Position numbers and translations under genes: made by a program. DNA of 64,000 nt from Escherichia coli (lineage in GTDB: Bacteria > Pseudomonadota > Gammaproteobacteria > Enterobacterales > Enterobacteriaceae): the NCBI RefSeq assembly GCF_003018115.1, contig NZ_CP027457.1. One strand, 5' to 3'. This document shows, one piece after another, positions 41,199 to 53,656 of the stretch. How positions within the stretch are numbered: position 1 is the first letter of the stretch; every line of letters starts with the position of its first letter. The notes beneath the pieces were generated by a model that made no database searches, was not told where the DNA came from, and saw only the letters and a list, made by a program, of their open reading frames with translations.

Positions 41199-41975
41199 TT
41201 AACGGTACGGATCCATCCAGCGTAAACCGGCTTCCGTGGTGGTTTGGGGTTTATATTCACAACCAACCCAACCGTTGTAGTCAGAATTTTCGATTACCTT
41301 AAAGAGATAATCATAATTAATTTCTCCGGTCCCCGGTTCGCCGCGATGCGGATTATCGGCAATTTGCAGGTGACCAATTTTATCGGCCCACTGAGTCATG
41401 GTGTTGGTTAATTCACCTTCCATCCGCTGCATGTGATAAATGTCATACTGAATTTTCAAATTGCAGCAACCAACATCATCAATCAATTTCAGCGCCTGCC
41501 GAGTTCCGGTGAGATGGAAACCAGGAATATCAAAATGGTTAATAGGTTCAATCAGTAATAAAATATCTTCTTTCATCAGCATATTCGCGGCATAACGCAG
41601 GTTTTCTACAAGCGTTGCGTGAATCTGTTCACTGCTGAAACCAGCCGGCGTTTTACCGACCAGACAGTTAATTTTTTTATTACCCAGCGCACGGGCATAA
41701 CGAATCGCTGCTGCTACGCCATCCCGAAACTCTTCTTCACGGCCAGGAATACAGGCAATACCGCGCTCCCCCGCCGCCCAGTCACCCGCCGGTAAATTGT
41801 GCAGCGTATGTTCGAGTTTATTACTCGCCAGCACCTGTTTTAATTCTTCAATGTCGTAGTCATAAGGAAACATAAATTCAACGCCGCGAAAACCACACTG
41901 CGCAGCTTTCTCAAAACGGGCGAGAAAATCATATTCACCAAATAACATCGATAAATTAGCAGAGAAACGTAACAT
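41199..41975 (-). CDS. hyi: Hydroxypyruvate isomerase
   Basis: 258-aa TIM-barrel xylose-isomerase-like protein. Confidence 0.95.
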   Translation of the reverse strand: MLRFSANLSMLFGEYDFLARFEKAAQCGFRGVEFMFPYDYDIEELKQVLASNKLEHTLHNLPAGDWAAGERGIACIPGREEEFRDGVAAAIRYARALGNKKINCLVGKTPAGFSSEQIHATLVENLRYAANMLMKEDILLLIEPINHFDIPGFHLTGTRQALKLIDDVGCCNLKIQYDIYHMQRMEGELTNTMTQWADKIGHLQIADNPHRGEPGTGEINYDYLFKVIENSDYNGWVGCEYKPQTTTEAGLRWMDPYR

Positions 41976-41987
41976 TATTTATCTCCC

Positions 41988-43769
41988 TTATTCATAGTGC
42001 ATGAAGCAGGTTTCAGTCGGTGCGTCCGCTGCGTTATCGGCGATATCTTCAAATTCCATGACGTTATCCAGTTCGCTGCCCATCGAAATATTGGTCACAC
42101 GCTCGAGAATAACTTCCACGACTACCGGTACCCGATATTGCGCCATTAAGGCTTTCGCCTGTTCAAAGGCTGGCGCAATATCTTCCGGTTTGAAGACGCG
42201 AATAGCTTTACAACCTAAACCTTCCGCTACTTTTACGTGGTCGACGCCGTAACCGTTCACTTCGCTGGAGTTGATATTCTCGAAAGCGAGTTGCACGCAG
42301 TAGTCCATGTCAAAGGCGCGTTGTGACTGGCGAATCAGCCCCAGATATGCGTTATTCACCAGCACATGGATGTACGGAATGTTGAACTGCGCGCCAACGG
42401 CTAACTCTTCAATCAGGAACTGGAAGTCAAAGTCGCCAGAAATCGCCACCACATTGCGCTCTGGATCAGCGGCACAAACCCCCAGCGCCGCCGGAATCGT
42501 CCAGCCTAACGGACCAGCCTGACCACAGTTGATCCAGTGGCGGTCTTTAAAGACATGCAGCATTTGTGCCGCAGCGATTTGTGACAGGCCAATGGTGGTG
42601 ACATAACAAACATCGCGACCAAAGGCTTTGTTCATCTCTTCATACACGCGCTGCGGTTTCACCGGCACGTTGTCGAAATGGGTTTTGCGCAGCAAAGTGC
42701 GTTTGCGCTGCTGGCAGTCGGCGACCCATTCTTTACGACACGGCAGACGACCCGCTTTTTGCATCTCCTGCGCCACTTCAACCAGCAGTGTCAGCGCCGC
42801 TTTAGCATCAGAGACAATGCCGAGATCCGGACACAGCACGCGGCCAATTTGCGTCGGCTCAATATCGATATGAACGATTTTGCGCCCTTCGGTGTATTTC
42901 TCTACCGAACCGGTATGACGGTTAGCAAAACGGTTACCGATACCAAACACCATGTCGGACGCCAGCAACGTTGCGTTACCGTAACGATGCGCGGTTTGCA
43001 GACCGACCATCCCGGCCATCAGTTCATGATCGTCCGGGATACAGCCCCAGCCCATCAGCGTTGGGATCACCGGAACGCTGGTCAGTTCAGCAAACTGTTG
43101 TAACAGTGCAGCTGCGTCAGCATTGATTACCCCGCCCCCGGCAACAATCACCGGACGTTCGGCCTGAATTAACATTTCTACAGCTTTTTCGATCTGCGTA
43201 CGGCTGGCAGCAGGTTTGTAGACCGGCAGCGGTTCGTACATGTCAGGATCAAACTCGATTTCCGCAACCTGAACGTCGAACGGTAAATCCACCAGTACCG
43301 GCCCCGGACGACCAGAACGCATCAGGTGAAATGCCTGTTGCAGCACGCGAGGCACCAGCGCCGCTTCACGAACTGTAACCGCCATTTTGCTGACCGGTTT
43401 AGCAATTGCTTCAATATCTACGGCCTGAAAATCTTCTTTATGCAGACGGGCGCGCGGTGCCTGGCCGGTAATGCACAGAATAGGAATGGAATCAGCAGAA
43501 GCGGAATAGAGCGCGGTGATCATGTCCGTGCCCGCAGGACCGGAAGTCCCCAGACATACGCCGATATTACCTGCCGTTGCGCGGGTATAACCTTCCGCCA
43601 TGTGCGAAGCACCTTCCACATGACGCGCCAGAATGTGACGAATACCGCCGTGCTTACGCATCGCTGAGTAGAACGGATTGATTGCAGCTCCCGGAACACC
43701 AAAGGCGGTGGTGATACCTTCTTTCTCCAGCACATACATTGCCGCGTCAACGGCTCTCATTTTTGCCAT
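41988..43769 (-). CDS. gcl: Glyoxylate carboligase (ThDP-dependent)
   Basis: Translation from [37 protein letters not shown]...; track ORF extends 30 codons upstream. Confidence 0.95.
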   Translation of the reverse strand: MAKMRAVDAAMYVLEKEGITTAFGVPGAAINPFYSAMRKHGGIRHILARHVEGASHMAEGYTRATAGNIGVCLGTSGPAGTDMITALYSASADSIPILCITGQAPRARLHKEDFQAVDIEAIAKPVSKMAVTVREAALVPRVLQQAFHLMRSGRPGPVLVDLPFDVQVAEIEFDPDMYEPLPVYKPAASRTQIEKAVEMLIQAERPVIVAGGGVINADAAALLQQFAELTSVPVIPTLMGWGCIPDDHELMAGMVGLQTAHRYGNATLLASDMVFGIGNRFANRHTGSVEKYTEGRKIVHIDIEPTQIGRVLCPDLGIVSDAKAALTLLVEVAQEMQKAGRLPCRKEWVADCQQRKRTLLRKTHFDNVPVKPQRVYEEMNKAFGRDVCYVTTIGLSQIAAAQMLHVFKDRHWINCGQAGPLGWTIPAALGVCAADPERNVVAISGDFDFQFLIEELAVGAQFNIPYIHVLVNNAYLGLIRQSQRAFDMDYCVQLAFENINSSEVNGYGVDHVKVAEGLGCKAIRVFKPEDIAPAFEQAKALMAQYRVPVVVEVILERVTNISMGSELDNVMEFEDIADNAADAPTETCFMHYE

Positions 43770-43858
43770 TTTATTCCTACCTCTATTAATTGGAAAAATT
43801 TTCCAGCTTTCAAATTTTGTCAAAAAAACCCGCTCCGCAGAGCGGGATGCGACAGACA

Positions 43859-44674
43859 CTATGGATGTGCTTTCAGTCCCAACGCCGTGCTGATATCGCG
43901 GGCGGTGTCTCTGACCAGCTCACCCTGACTGACAAAACGATCTTCTGTCAGTCTTGATGAAGGCCCGGAGATGGAGATAGCGGCAACAACACTACCTACA
44001 TCATCGTAAATTGCTGAAGCTATGCAATTCAGACCTACAACATGCTCTTCTTTATCTACGGTATAGCCCAGTTCACGCGCTTGCTCCAGGTCCTTCAGTA
44101 AGGTGGGCATATCCACAAGCGTAGTTGGCGTAAACTGCTGCAAACCGGTTTGCAGAATGATGCTCATCAACTCCTCTTCCGCCAGCGGATAAAGCAGCGC
44201 TTTGCCCGCACCGGAAGCATGCAGTGGCAGACGACTGCCCAGTGGCGCACACATCCTGACCATCGATTTACACTCTAACTGACCAATTAATACCGCTTCA
44301 TTGCCGTTACGGATCGCGACATTGACCGTTTCGCCGGAAAGTAACATCAGACGGCGCATAAACGGCCCGGCGACGGAGAGGACATCGCGGTTATGGATGT
44401 ACGCTGCACCGACGTTAAAGACACCTAATCCTATATGCCACCAGCCTAACTGACTGTCCTGATAGACAAAATCCGCTGCCTGTAAAACCTTCAGCAAGCG
44501 AAAGGTCGTGGAGAGCGGCAAATCCAGATTGAGAGAAATATCGCTAACCGAAGAACTTCCCCCACTTTTTTCCAGATATTGCAGAATCGCAATTCCCCGC
44601 TCTAATGCCTGTGCGCCCTTCTGTGCCACAGGCTCCGCCTGTCCTGGCCTGCCGCGCCGTCTAACTTCCGTCAT
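43859..44674 (-). CDS. allR: Allantoin regulon repressor (IclR family)
   Basis: 271-aa IclR-type protein. Confidence 0.92.
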
Positions 44675-44751
44675 ACCTACGTTAACTCCGACCTACAAGT
44701 GAGCATAAACAATGAACAATTAGTTTATCTTATGCAAGTCGGTTGCAGGCG

Positions 44752-45234
44752 TCACGCAAAACAGAGTTCCTGTTCAGGAATACTTTCAACATCACAGTTG
44801 TCACTGCCGCCGCGATCGATGGTCAGAAAATCGGTGACGCGCTGCCAGGCGAAAAGTGGGTGATGCCAGACGTTACGATGGTAATTCACTCCCTGTTCGC
44901 CGTTGGTAATAAACGCCCGCAGGGTTGACAGGTCTGGTTTGTCGTCACCTAACGCCACGACCACCACAAACACCTCACCTTTCATCGGGATAAAGGCCTG
45001 AGTACCCAGCGGATGACGTTCGAGTTCGTGAATGGTCAGCGGCAGATTCGCCGGTTGCGCGCGGTTAATGCTGATAAGCGTACGGTCTTGCTCAAGAATC
45101 TCAACCAGCGCCAAATCGTGGTAACGCTCCACCAGGCCATTGTTAATATGGAAAAAATCCCGTTGCTGCGTTTCGATTACGTCGCCATAAGCACTAAAGG
45201 CTTCCTGACTTAACGGTAATACCTGAAGTTTCAT
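44752..45234 (-). CDS. allA: Ureidoglycolate lyase
   Basis: 160-aa protein in the conserved position. Confidence 0.92.
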
Positions 45235-45463
45235 CTTTTTGTCCTTGTAACATAATTCCGTTCAACCACCGCCGACCGGTCAGCTTGGTTTCAATAACAG
45301 GCAATCTAAAACCTTAAGAGAACAACATCAACACAAAAGTTGGAATATTTTTCCAAAACTAGATTTAGTCCACAAATTGAACAGGGTTATCATGTAAAAA
45401 TACTGATAAATCAGAGGATAAGAAAATCACGCAACTTGCGGATTTAAAAGGGGATACCTGAAG

Positions 45464-46390
45464 ATGTTCGATCCAGAAACCTTGCGGACTTTCATTGCGG
45501 TTGCTGAAACAGGAAGTTTTTCAAAAGCGGCAGAACGATTATGTAAAACCACGGCGACGATCAGTTATCGCATTAAACTTCTGGAAGAGAATACCGGAGT
45601 AGCGCTGTTTTTCCGTACGACTCGCAGCGTGACGTTGACAGCGGCTGGCGAGCATCTACTTTCCCAGGCCAGAGACTGGCTGAGCTGGCTGGAAAGTATG
45701 CCAAGCGAGCTGCAACAGGTGAATGATGGCGTGGAACGCCAGGTGAATATTGTCATCAACAACCTGCTCTACAACCCCCAGGCCGTCGCCCAGTTGCTCG
45801 CGTGGCTGAATGAGCGTTACCCCTTTACCCAGTTTCACATCTCCCGACAAATCTATATGGGCGTCTGGGACTCGCTATTGTACGAAGGTTTTTCGCTGGC
45901 TATCGGCGTCACGGGAACTGAGGCGCTGGCAAATACCTTTAGTCTTGATCCCTTAGGATCGGTGCAATGGCGATTTGTCATGGCGGCGGATCATCCGCTG
46001 GCGAACGTTGAAGAGCCGCTAACAGAAGCGCAGTTGCGGCGCTTTCCGGCGGTCAATATTGAAGACAGCGCCCGCACCTTAACCAAACGCGTCGCCTGGC
46101 GATTGCCAGGGCAAAAAGAGATTATTGTTCCTGATATGGAAACGAAAATCGCCGCCCATCTGGCGGGCGTTGGCATTGGTTTTTTGCCAAAATCGCTTTG
46201 CCAGTCAATGATCGATAATCAACAACTGGTCAGCCGGGTAATCCCAACGATGCGCCCTCCTTCGCCATTGAGTCTGGCATGGCGCAAATTTGGCAGCGGC
46301 AAAGCGGTAGAAGATATTGTGACCTTGTTTACCCAGCGCAGGCCGGAAATCAGCGGATTTTTAGAAATTTTCGGCAACCCACGCAGTTAA
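45464..46390 (+). CDS. allS: LysR-family activator of the allantoin regulon
   Basis: 308-aa LysR-type regulator with N-terminal HTH. Confidence 0.92.
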
Positions 46391-46443
46391 AAATCAAGTT
46401 TCCTTGCGCGTTGGCGCGTAAAATAGCGCGCAAGCTGATTTGA

Positions 46444-47553
<1,110 letters not shown>

Positions 47554-47632
47554 TGAGGGACGTATTTGTATTAGTCGCGACTTGATCTGACACATAGCCT
47601 TGAAAGGTTGAGAGTTACCGGTTTTGATATGA

Positions 47633-48040
47633 GTGTCGAATCCTTATCCAAAACAAGAGGTAACTCTCATGCTTCATACTGCCAATCCCGTCATCAAACA
47701 CAAAGCCGGTTTGCTCAATCTGGCTGAAGAACTCAGCAACGTATCAAAAGCTTGTAAAATCATGGGCGTTTCGCGTGATACGTTTTATCGTTACCGCGAA
47801 CTGGTCGCTGAAGGCGGTGTGGATGCGCAGATTAATCGTAGTCGCCGCGCTCCTAACCTTAAGAACCGTACCGATGAGGCAACTGAACAGGCTGTTGTTG
47901 ATTACGCCGTCGCTTTCCCGACACATGGTCAGCACCGGGCCAGCAACGAGCTGCGTAAACAGGAGGTTTTTATCTCCGACAGTGGTGTCCGTTCTGTCTG
48001 GTTACTCCATAACCTTGAGAATCTCAAAAGACGATACTGA
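47633..48040 (+). pseudogene. ybbD: Transposase N-terminal fragment (IS481-like HTH region), ybbD-like remnant
   Basis: 135-aa ORF resembling the HTH region of IS481-type transposases (VSRDTFYRYRELVAEGG...INRSRRAPN); no catalytic domain follows. Confidence 0.5.
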
Positions 48041-48094
48041 ACAAATTTTATCAGGTGACGTTCCGTAAAAAGTTGTATGGAGTTCTCGATGCAG

Positions 48095-48190
48095 TCGGCG
48101 CGACTATCAGTACCCCCGCTGAACCCTGGACTATCGGGCCGCCGTACTGGGGCATGTCACCCTGGCGTGCCGCTGGTTTTCCGCTAATGG
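48095..48190 (-). pseudogene. Orphan Rhs 5'-end fragment (start codon mutated ATG to ATT)
   Basis: Reverse strand encodes ...[31 protein letters not shown]..., a degenerate copy of the RhsD N-terminus ([32 protein letters not shown]); roughly 80% nucleotide identity to 53158-53228 by eye. Confidence 0.5.
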
Positions 48191-48554
48191 TTTATTTCCT
48201 CTTTCTTTCCCAGCAAGAATTTATTTTAATCCGGAAGGATTATTTATTTTCAGATAGGGACTCACATTAAACACGTAACATTTTAATTAATGCATGGCTG
48301 AATATGTATTACACAATGTCAGATATCGTAAAAGACCAGTGCAATTCTATGTAAACTCTCTGACTGTTCATTTTATTTGTTGTTTCAGGGTCGGAACTCA
48401 CCCTCAATAAACAACTGAATACGAGTAGATATTCATCGTCTGAGCTATATGGCTTTACACAATAGCCGACATGTCTTTTCTCAGTCAGGAATTTTACTTT
48501 TCCTCACTACGAAGTTGACGACTTCGATATGGGATAGACTCTTAATTCAAGCAA

Positions 48555-49046
48555 TTACTCTGCACAAGCATCAGGCAATCCAGCTCCAATATTTGTTATA
48601 AAATAATGCGTAACATTAATTTCACCAACAAAAAAAAGGTTTACGCTATCCCCTTGCCCTGGTATTTTACCATATTTACACCACACTTTTTTTGTATCTG
48701 GATCATTCTCTGATACGATTTTCGCCACTTGTTCCCTGGCCCTCACTGTCAATGTTTTCTTAAACCTACCCCCATCATCATTTGTTAGGGAAAAATAAGA
48801 AAAAAAATAATCATCTTCTACATTTGTGTATATTGATATATCCACCGCTACGTGCGGAAAAAAATCTGGGAGCCATGTAAAAACTCCATCATTTTCTGGT
48901 ATTGCCATATAGTTTATGTAATGTTTACTTACAAGAGATTCATCTTTGTATAAATAAAGATAAGTAATTACGCATAAAACAACAATGATTATAATAGCAA
49001 AAATAAATATTATCATCTTTGATAGATTACTTGAGATAGCCAGCAT
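48555..49046 (-). CDS. Probable Rhs immunity protein (N-terminal TM segment)
   Basis: AT-rich ORF immediately downstream of, and overlapping, the rhsD 3' end; hydrophobic N-terminus [22 protein letters not shown]. Confidence 0.6.
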   Translation of the reverse strand: MLAISSNLSKMIIFIFAIIIIVVLCVITYLYLYKDESLVSKHYINYMAIPENDGVFTWLPDFFPHVAVDISIYTNVEDDYFFSYFSLTNDDGGRFKKTLTVRAREQVAKIVSENDPDTKKVWCKYGKIPGQGDSVNLFFVGEINVTHYFITNIGAGLPDACAE

Positions 49047-52000
49047 CTTGTAAAGCCTTTATCGTTTTTTTATGCTCTGGATTAATATAATCACTACATC
49101 TATCTGAGCAATCTGTTGTTGATGGACATGTCAACCCATGGTCATTTACAGCCAAGTCTTTTTTATTATCTTCAATCATTTCAGAATGGGATAGCTTTAC
49201 TTTTCTGCCGTACATACCGAACAGATTTAACCCGTAATCTCTAATCTCTTTTTCATAACCCAGCCCTTTCGCCGATCGGCTAACACCAGCGTCATTTAAT
49301 TTAGACACTCGACAAAATGCCATACAATGGAAAAATTGATCAGTCCCACCTAAATTTAATCTCTTCATATCTTCATAAGTATCAGATAATATATCCCATG
49401 CTCTTTGATGGTTTAGTTGATCTTTTCTTCTTATTAGCGCTACATCTGCGGGACTTAACCCTAATGGATCAATACCATTCACCGGATTCAGCGGATACGC
49501 ATACAGACTCCATCCCCCCTCCAGCCCTATCGGGTCCTGAGTGATATACCGCCCCTGCAACGGATCGTAGTACCGGTTCCGGTTGTAGTACAGCCCCGAC
49601 TCCGTATCATACTGCTGCCCCGGCAGCCGGTACGGCTGGTGCAGGTGATGCGGGTTCTCCTCATTAAGCTGGTTGCCCCATTCATCATATTCCGCGCTCC
49701 ACGCCGTATTGCCGTCTTCACTGATAAGCGCCAGCGGCAGGCCCCGGTGGTCACAGTGATAAAGATGTATTTTTCGCTCAGGCAAATAAACCGGCTCTAT
49801 CTGTGCCGCCAGCCGCTCCACCGTCAGCCCGCACTGCGCAAGCCACTGGCGGCTTTCACTGCTCACGCAGTTTGCCCGGATTTCCCCCTCCAGCCTGTCC
49901 AGCAGCCCCACCAGTTCAGCCGGGAACACCACACCGTGACCGTCCTCACTCCCTTCCTGCTGTAACTTCTCCACCAGGCTTCGCCGCTGCGCTTTATCCA
50001 GTTCGCCGTTCTCTGTCTCGATGCGGATGAGCGGCGCGAAGCTCCCCGGCTGGTATACCGTCTGGATACGCGTGGTATCGGTCTGTACCGTCGTCAGCCA
50101 GTCGCCGTCCCATCCGTACCACGTCACCTCCGGTTTACGCGACAGCGACATCCATCCCGTCAGGTCACTCTCGCGACGCCACACCCGTTTCCCCGTCCGG
50201 CGGCCCAGCGGGTCGTAGAGGTAGCGGCTCTCGACCAGTGGCTCCTCATGCTGTATCCGCGTGTAAAACACCAGCCGGTGCTGGCTGTCGTAGTGGTAGT
50301 GGTGGGTCCGCTCGTCGTCCGTCCGTATCACACCCGTCGGGATGCGGTCCGTCTTCTCCGTCAGCCTGCCGTATTCATCGTGGCGGTAGACATAGTGCGC
50401 ATCCTCCGCGATGCGGTTATCCGGCCACACTGTGAGTGTACTGTCCGGGTGCAGCTCCGGGTCCGGCAGCCGGTTGCCCGCCGGGTCCGTGGCATACGGG
50501 ATGCGGATGTCCAGGTCTGGTGCGAGGGTGCGCACACTCTCCAGCCTGCCCGTGGCGCTGTAGCCGTATTCCCGCGTCTGTCGCGGGCCGCTGATGCGCA
50601 CCAGGTCGCCGTTGTCACTCCACCCGTAGTCACGGTCATATACCAGGCTGTTCAGGTGCTGGCTCTGTAACTGGCCTGCGGGGGTGTATGTGCTGGTCAG
50701 TTCGTATGCGGCATTACTGCCTGCCATGCTGCCGAAGCTGCGCACCGTCTCACGGTGCAGCCTGTCCCGCGTATACTCGACCAGCGGCGTCCCGCCCAGC
50801 TTCATTCCCGCCAGGTAACCGCTGCCATACGTCAGCCACTCCACCGGCGGCAGGCTGTCCGGCGTGACGCGGTTTGCCAGCCCCTGCTCGTTGTATGCGT
50901 GTTTCGTCTCATGCTGCCACAGCAGTTCCCCCGTCTCCGGGTTCTCCACCGTCTGGCGTTCGCCGGTCAGGCGGCCTTTATCGTCATAGCCATAGTGGAC
51001 GGCAACACGGTGGCCTTCGCTCAGGTGGCTGATGTCTGTCAGCCAGCCGTGGCCATCATACTGCCACTGCTCTGCCGGTTCGCCGTTCACCGTGCGGTGA
51101 GTGATACGGTCCGATTCATCGTAGTACCAGAGGGTGACAAGTCCCTCATCCTCACTCTGTGTGAGTTTTCCTGTCAGGTCATAATGATAACGCTGCGTCC
51201 GCCCGTCAAAGCCGCCCTGCTGTACCAGGCGGTCCAGCGCATCGTAACTGAAATCACTGTGGCTGCCGTTCTCGTTAGTCAGACTGATGACACGTCCGGC
51301 AACATCGTACTCCATACTGCGCGTCAGCCCGCCCTGCGTGGTGCTGACCGCCTTTCCCCACGCATCGTACTGTGTCTCGCTCCGGTTGCCGTCCGGAGTG
51401 ATAACGGCAGTCAGGTCGCCTGCGGCGTTGTACTCATACTGCGTTTCACGGCCCTGTGCGTCTTTCACCGAGGTTAACCGGCCACGGTTGTCATAGCGGC
51501 GGTAACGGCTGATACCTTCCTCGCGGTGGACCGCCGTCATCTGGCCGAAGCGGTCGTATTCATAGCGGGTCTGGTAGCCCGAGCAGTCGGTGAACGCCAG
51601 CAACTGCCCGTAGCGGCTCCACGTCATCTGCCGGGTGCTGCCCGTCGCATCTGTTGTCGTGGCCGGTAATTCACTGTGCGGATTATCATAAGCATACCGG
51701 ATGACGTCCCCGCTGCGCGATGTCTCCGATACCAGCCTGCCCGGTTCATCATATGCCCGGCGGCTCTCCAGCCCGTCCGGGGACACCACCGCCGTCAGCT
51801 GGTTCCCGTCGTTATAGTAAAATTTCGTCTCCCGCCCGTCCGGTGTGGTGATGTCCGTGATATCGCCGGACACCACATTCAGACCGTACTCTGTCCGCCG
51901 TCCCGCCGCGTCCGTCTGCGCCGTGAGCCTTCCTGCCGCGTCATACCCGCTGTGCGTGACGCTGCCGTCCGCCAGTTCTTTTTTCACCACCCGTTTCAGC

Positions 52001-53256
52001 CCGCCTTCACCTTCTGTATGCAGCACCTCACGCCGGTTCAGGCTGTCGGTGACGGTGATGCGGTCCTGCTCATAAAGATAGCGGTAACTTAACCCTGCCG
52101 GGTTCAGTTGCTCCACCACCCGCCCCGTATCGTCGTAGCGGTAGCGCATCTCCGGCCTTCCCGCATAACGGTGCGCCACCATCCGGCCCGGGTGCTGCGC
52201 GTCATACGTGAAAGCGCGCACCTGCGTATTGCTGCGGTCATATACCGCCAGCAGTTCACCGGCTTCCGTATACGTGTACCGCACCAGTGGCGCAGCGGGC
52301 AGGCTCTCCGGGTATGCCGGGTCGTGCATCAGCCACACCGCCGAAAGGCGGATACCCCTGTCGGGGCCGTATTCGGTACCGGGCAGTGTGTCGGGGAACG
52401 CTGAGGCTGAGAGAGGGCGGGAACTGTCAGAAGAAGATAGCGAAGAGGTGCGGGCCTCTTCCGCACGCTGCGCCTGCGTGGTCAGCACCAGACGGAACTC
52501 CCGCCCGGCACCGTCCGTCACGCCGGTGATTTCCCCGGCCAGGTCGCCTGCGGCCTCACGCCGGTACGTCAGCGTCCGCCCGAAGCGGTCCGCCATCCCG
52601 GTAAGCACCCGGTACGGCGGCAGCGGCGCTGGCAGTACGTCCTCAGCACCCGGCACCCGCTCAGACCACCCCAGTATCCACCACGGCCCCTGTGCGCTGT
52701 TGGTCGCCAGGTAAAGATGCGGACTTAACCGGATATCCGGCGGCAGCGCCCCCCACAGCCGCGCCAGCGTGTGGCCGTCCGGCTGTGCTGCCTTACCACC
52801 GCGCACCAGCCACATTGACTCGCTGCGGCTGTACACCGCCTCACCCGGCAGCAGCGGCTCAAAGTGAATGCTCCGCCCGCCGTTGTCGTTGAGTATCAGT
52901 CCGTCATCACGTAGCTGTAAGCGGATATCAGAAGGCGCTTTCCAGCCGGGGCCGAAAAAGCCCACCGGTGCAGGCGTCCGGGTCCGGTAGCTGCTGTAGG
53001 TGCGGGAGAGAATGAACGGCAGCGGGCCGTGCAGCGCAAGGTCCGTCTCGCCGGGCAGCACCTTCGCCCCCAGCAGCGGATTTACCGGGTTGCCCGAAGT
53101 CATCCCGCCCGGACACACCGAGCACGCCACGCCAGTTGGCGCGCCAATTCTTACACCTGCCGACCCCTGGACAATGGGACCGCCATACTGAGTCATATCT
53201 CCCTGACGCGCCGCTGGTTTTCCGCTCATATAAAGTGCCCTTTTAGTTTTGTTCAT
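49027..53256 (-). CDS. rhsD: Rhs-family protein with YD-repeat core and variable AT-rich C-terminal tip after the DPxGL motif
   Basis: 1409-aa ORF; N-terminus [26 protein letters not shown] (the track start lies 9 codons upstream of MSGKP, making the preferred start about 53229); YD repeats; DPLGL boundary followed by a low-GC tip. Confidence 0.92.
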   Translation of the reverse strand: MNKTKRALYMSGKPAARQGDMTQYGGPIVQGSAGVRIGAPTGVACSVCPGGMTSGNPVNPLLGAKVLPGETDLALHGPLPFILSRTYSSYRTRTPAPVGFFGPGWKAPSDIRLQLRDDGLILNDNGGRSIHFEPLLPGEAVYSRSESMWLVRGGKAAQPDGHTLARLWGALPPDIRLSPHLYLATNSAQGPWWILGWSERVPGAEDVLPAPLPPYRVLTGMADRFGRTLTYRREAAGDLAGEITGVTDGAGREFRLVLTTQAQRAEEARTSSLSSSDSSRPLSASAFPDTLPGTEYGPDRGIRLSAVWLMHDPAYPESLPAAPLVRYTYTEAGELLAVYDRSNTQVRAFTYDAQHPGRMVAHRYAGRPEMRYRYDDTGRVVEQLNPAGLSYRYLYEQDRITVTDSLNRREVLHTEGEGGLKRVVKKELADGSVTHSGYDAAGRLTAQTDAAGRRTEYGLNVVSGDITDITTPDGRETKFYYNDGNQLTAVVSPDGLESRRAYDEPGRLVSETSRSGDVIRYAYDNPHSELPATTTDATGSTRQMTWSRYGQLLAFTDCSGYQTRYEYDRFGQMTAVHREEGISRYRRYDNRGRLTSVKDAQGRETQYEYNAAGDLTAVITPDGNRSETQYDAWGKAVSTTQGGLTRSMEYDVAGRVISLTNENGSHSDFSYDALDRLVQQGGFDGRTQRYHYDLTGKLTQSEDEGLVTLWYYDESDRITHRTVNGEPAEQWQYDGHGWLTDISHLSEGHRVAVHYGYDDKGRLTGERQTVENPETGELLWQHETKHAYNEQGLANRVTPDSLPPVEWLTYGSGYLAGMKLGGTPLVEYTRDRLHRETVRSFGSMAGSNAAYELTSTYTPAGQLQSQHLNSLVYDRDYGWSDNGDLVRISGPRQTREYGYSATGRLESVRTLAPDLDIRIPYATDPAGNRLPDPELHPDSTLTVWPDNRIAEDAHYVYRHDEYGRLTEKTDRIPTGVIRTDDERTHHYHYDSQHRLVFYTRIQHEEPLVESRYLYDPLGRRTGKRVWRRESDLTGWMSLSRKPEVTWYGWDGDWLTTVQTDTTRIQTVYQPGSFAPLIRIETENGELDKAQRRSLVEKLQQEGSEDGHGVVFPAELVGLLDRLEGEIRANCVSSESRQWLAQCGLTVERLAAQIEPVYLPERKIHLYHCDHRGLPLALISEDGNTAWSAEYDEWGNQLNEENPHHLHQPYRLPGQQYDTESGLYYNRNRYYDPLQGRYITQDPIGLEGGWSLYAYPLNPVNGIDPLGLSPADVALIRRKDQLNHQRAWDILSDTYEDMKRLNLGGTDQFFHCMAFCRVSKLNDAGVSRSAKGLGYEKEIRDYGLNLFGMYGRKVKLSHSEMIEDNKKDLAVNDHGLTCPSTTDCSDRCSDYINPEHKKTIKALQDAGYLK

Positions 53257-53656
53257 ATCCCTGTGTTAGCAACAAAAAAATAAAATGACACACAAGACCA
53301 GCTAATGTATTTATATATTTTTCACATAAACTTATTTGTTCTCAATCAACAACAACTGTTATTACAGGTCACTTTCAATATTTTATTAAACTAAAATTTT
53401 TAGCACAGATGAATTCATCATCAACAAATTCACTATATGGATAATATCCATTCAACGCATATGATTTATGATTTTATTAGTCTGAGTTATTTTTGTAGGG
53501 CTATATTTAAAATTATTAAACTCCACCGATTCAGATTAATATCAGCAATAGAAAAACAGGAAATCACCAATTCAATAACATCATCAATGAAACATATTGT
53601 AGAATTAATTTAAACAAGGCGTTCCATTCAACCAGAACGCCCCTTATTTACTCTCA

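Noticed and set aside
49300-53200. Many ORFs of 60-240 aa on both strands within rhsD (for example 50248-50670, 50755-51477, 52208-52714)
   Set aside because: High-GC YD-repeat coding sequence generates long open shadow frames; all are nested in the 1409-aa Rhs ORF and have Pro/Arg/Ala-rich nonsense composition.
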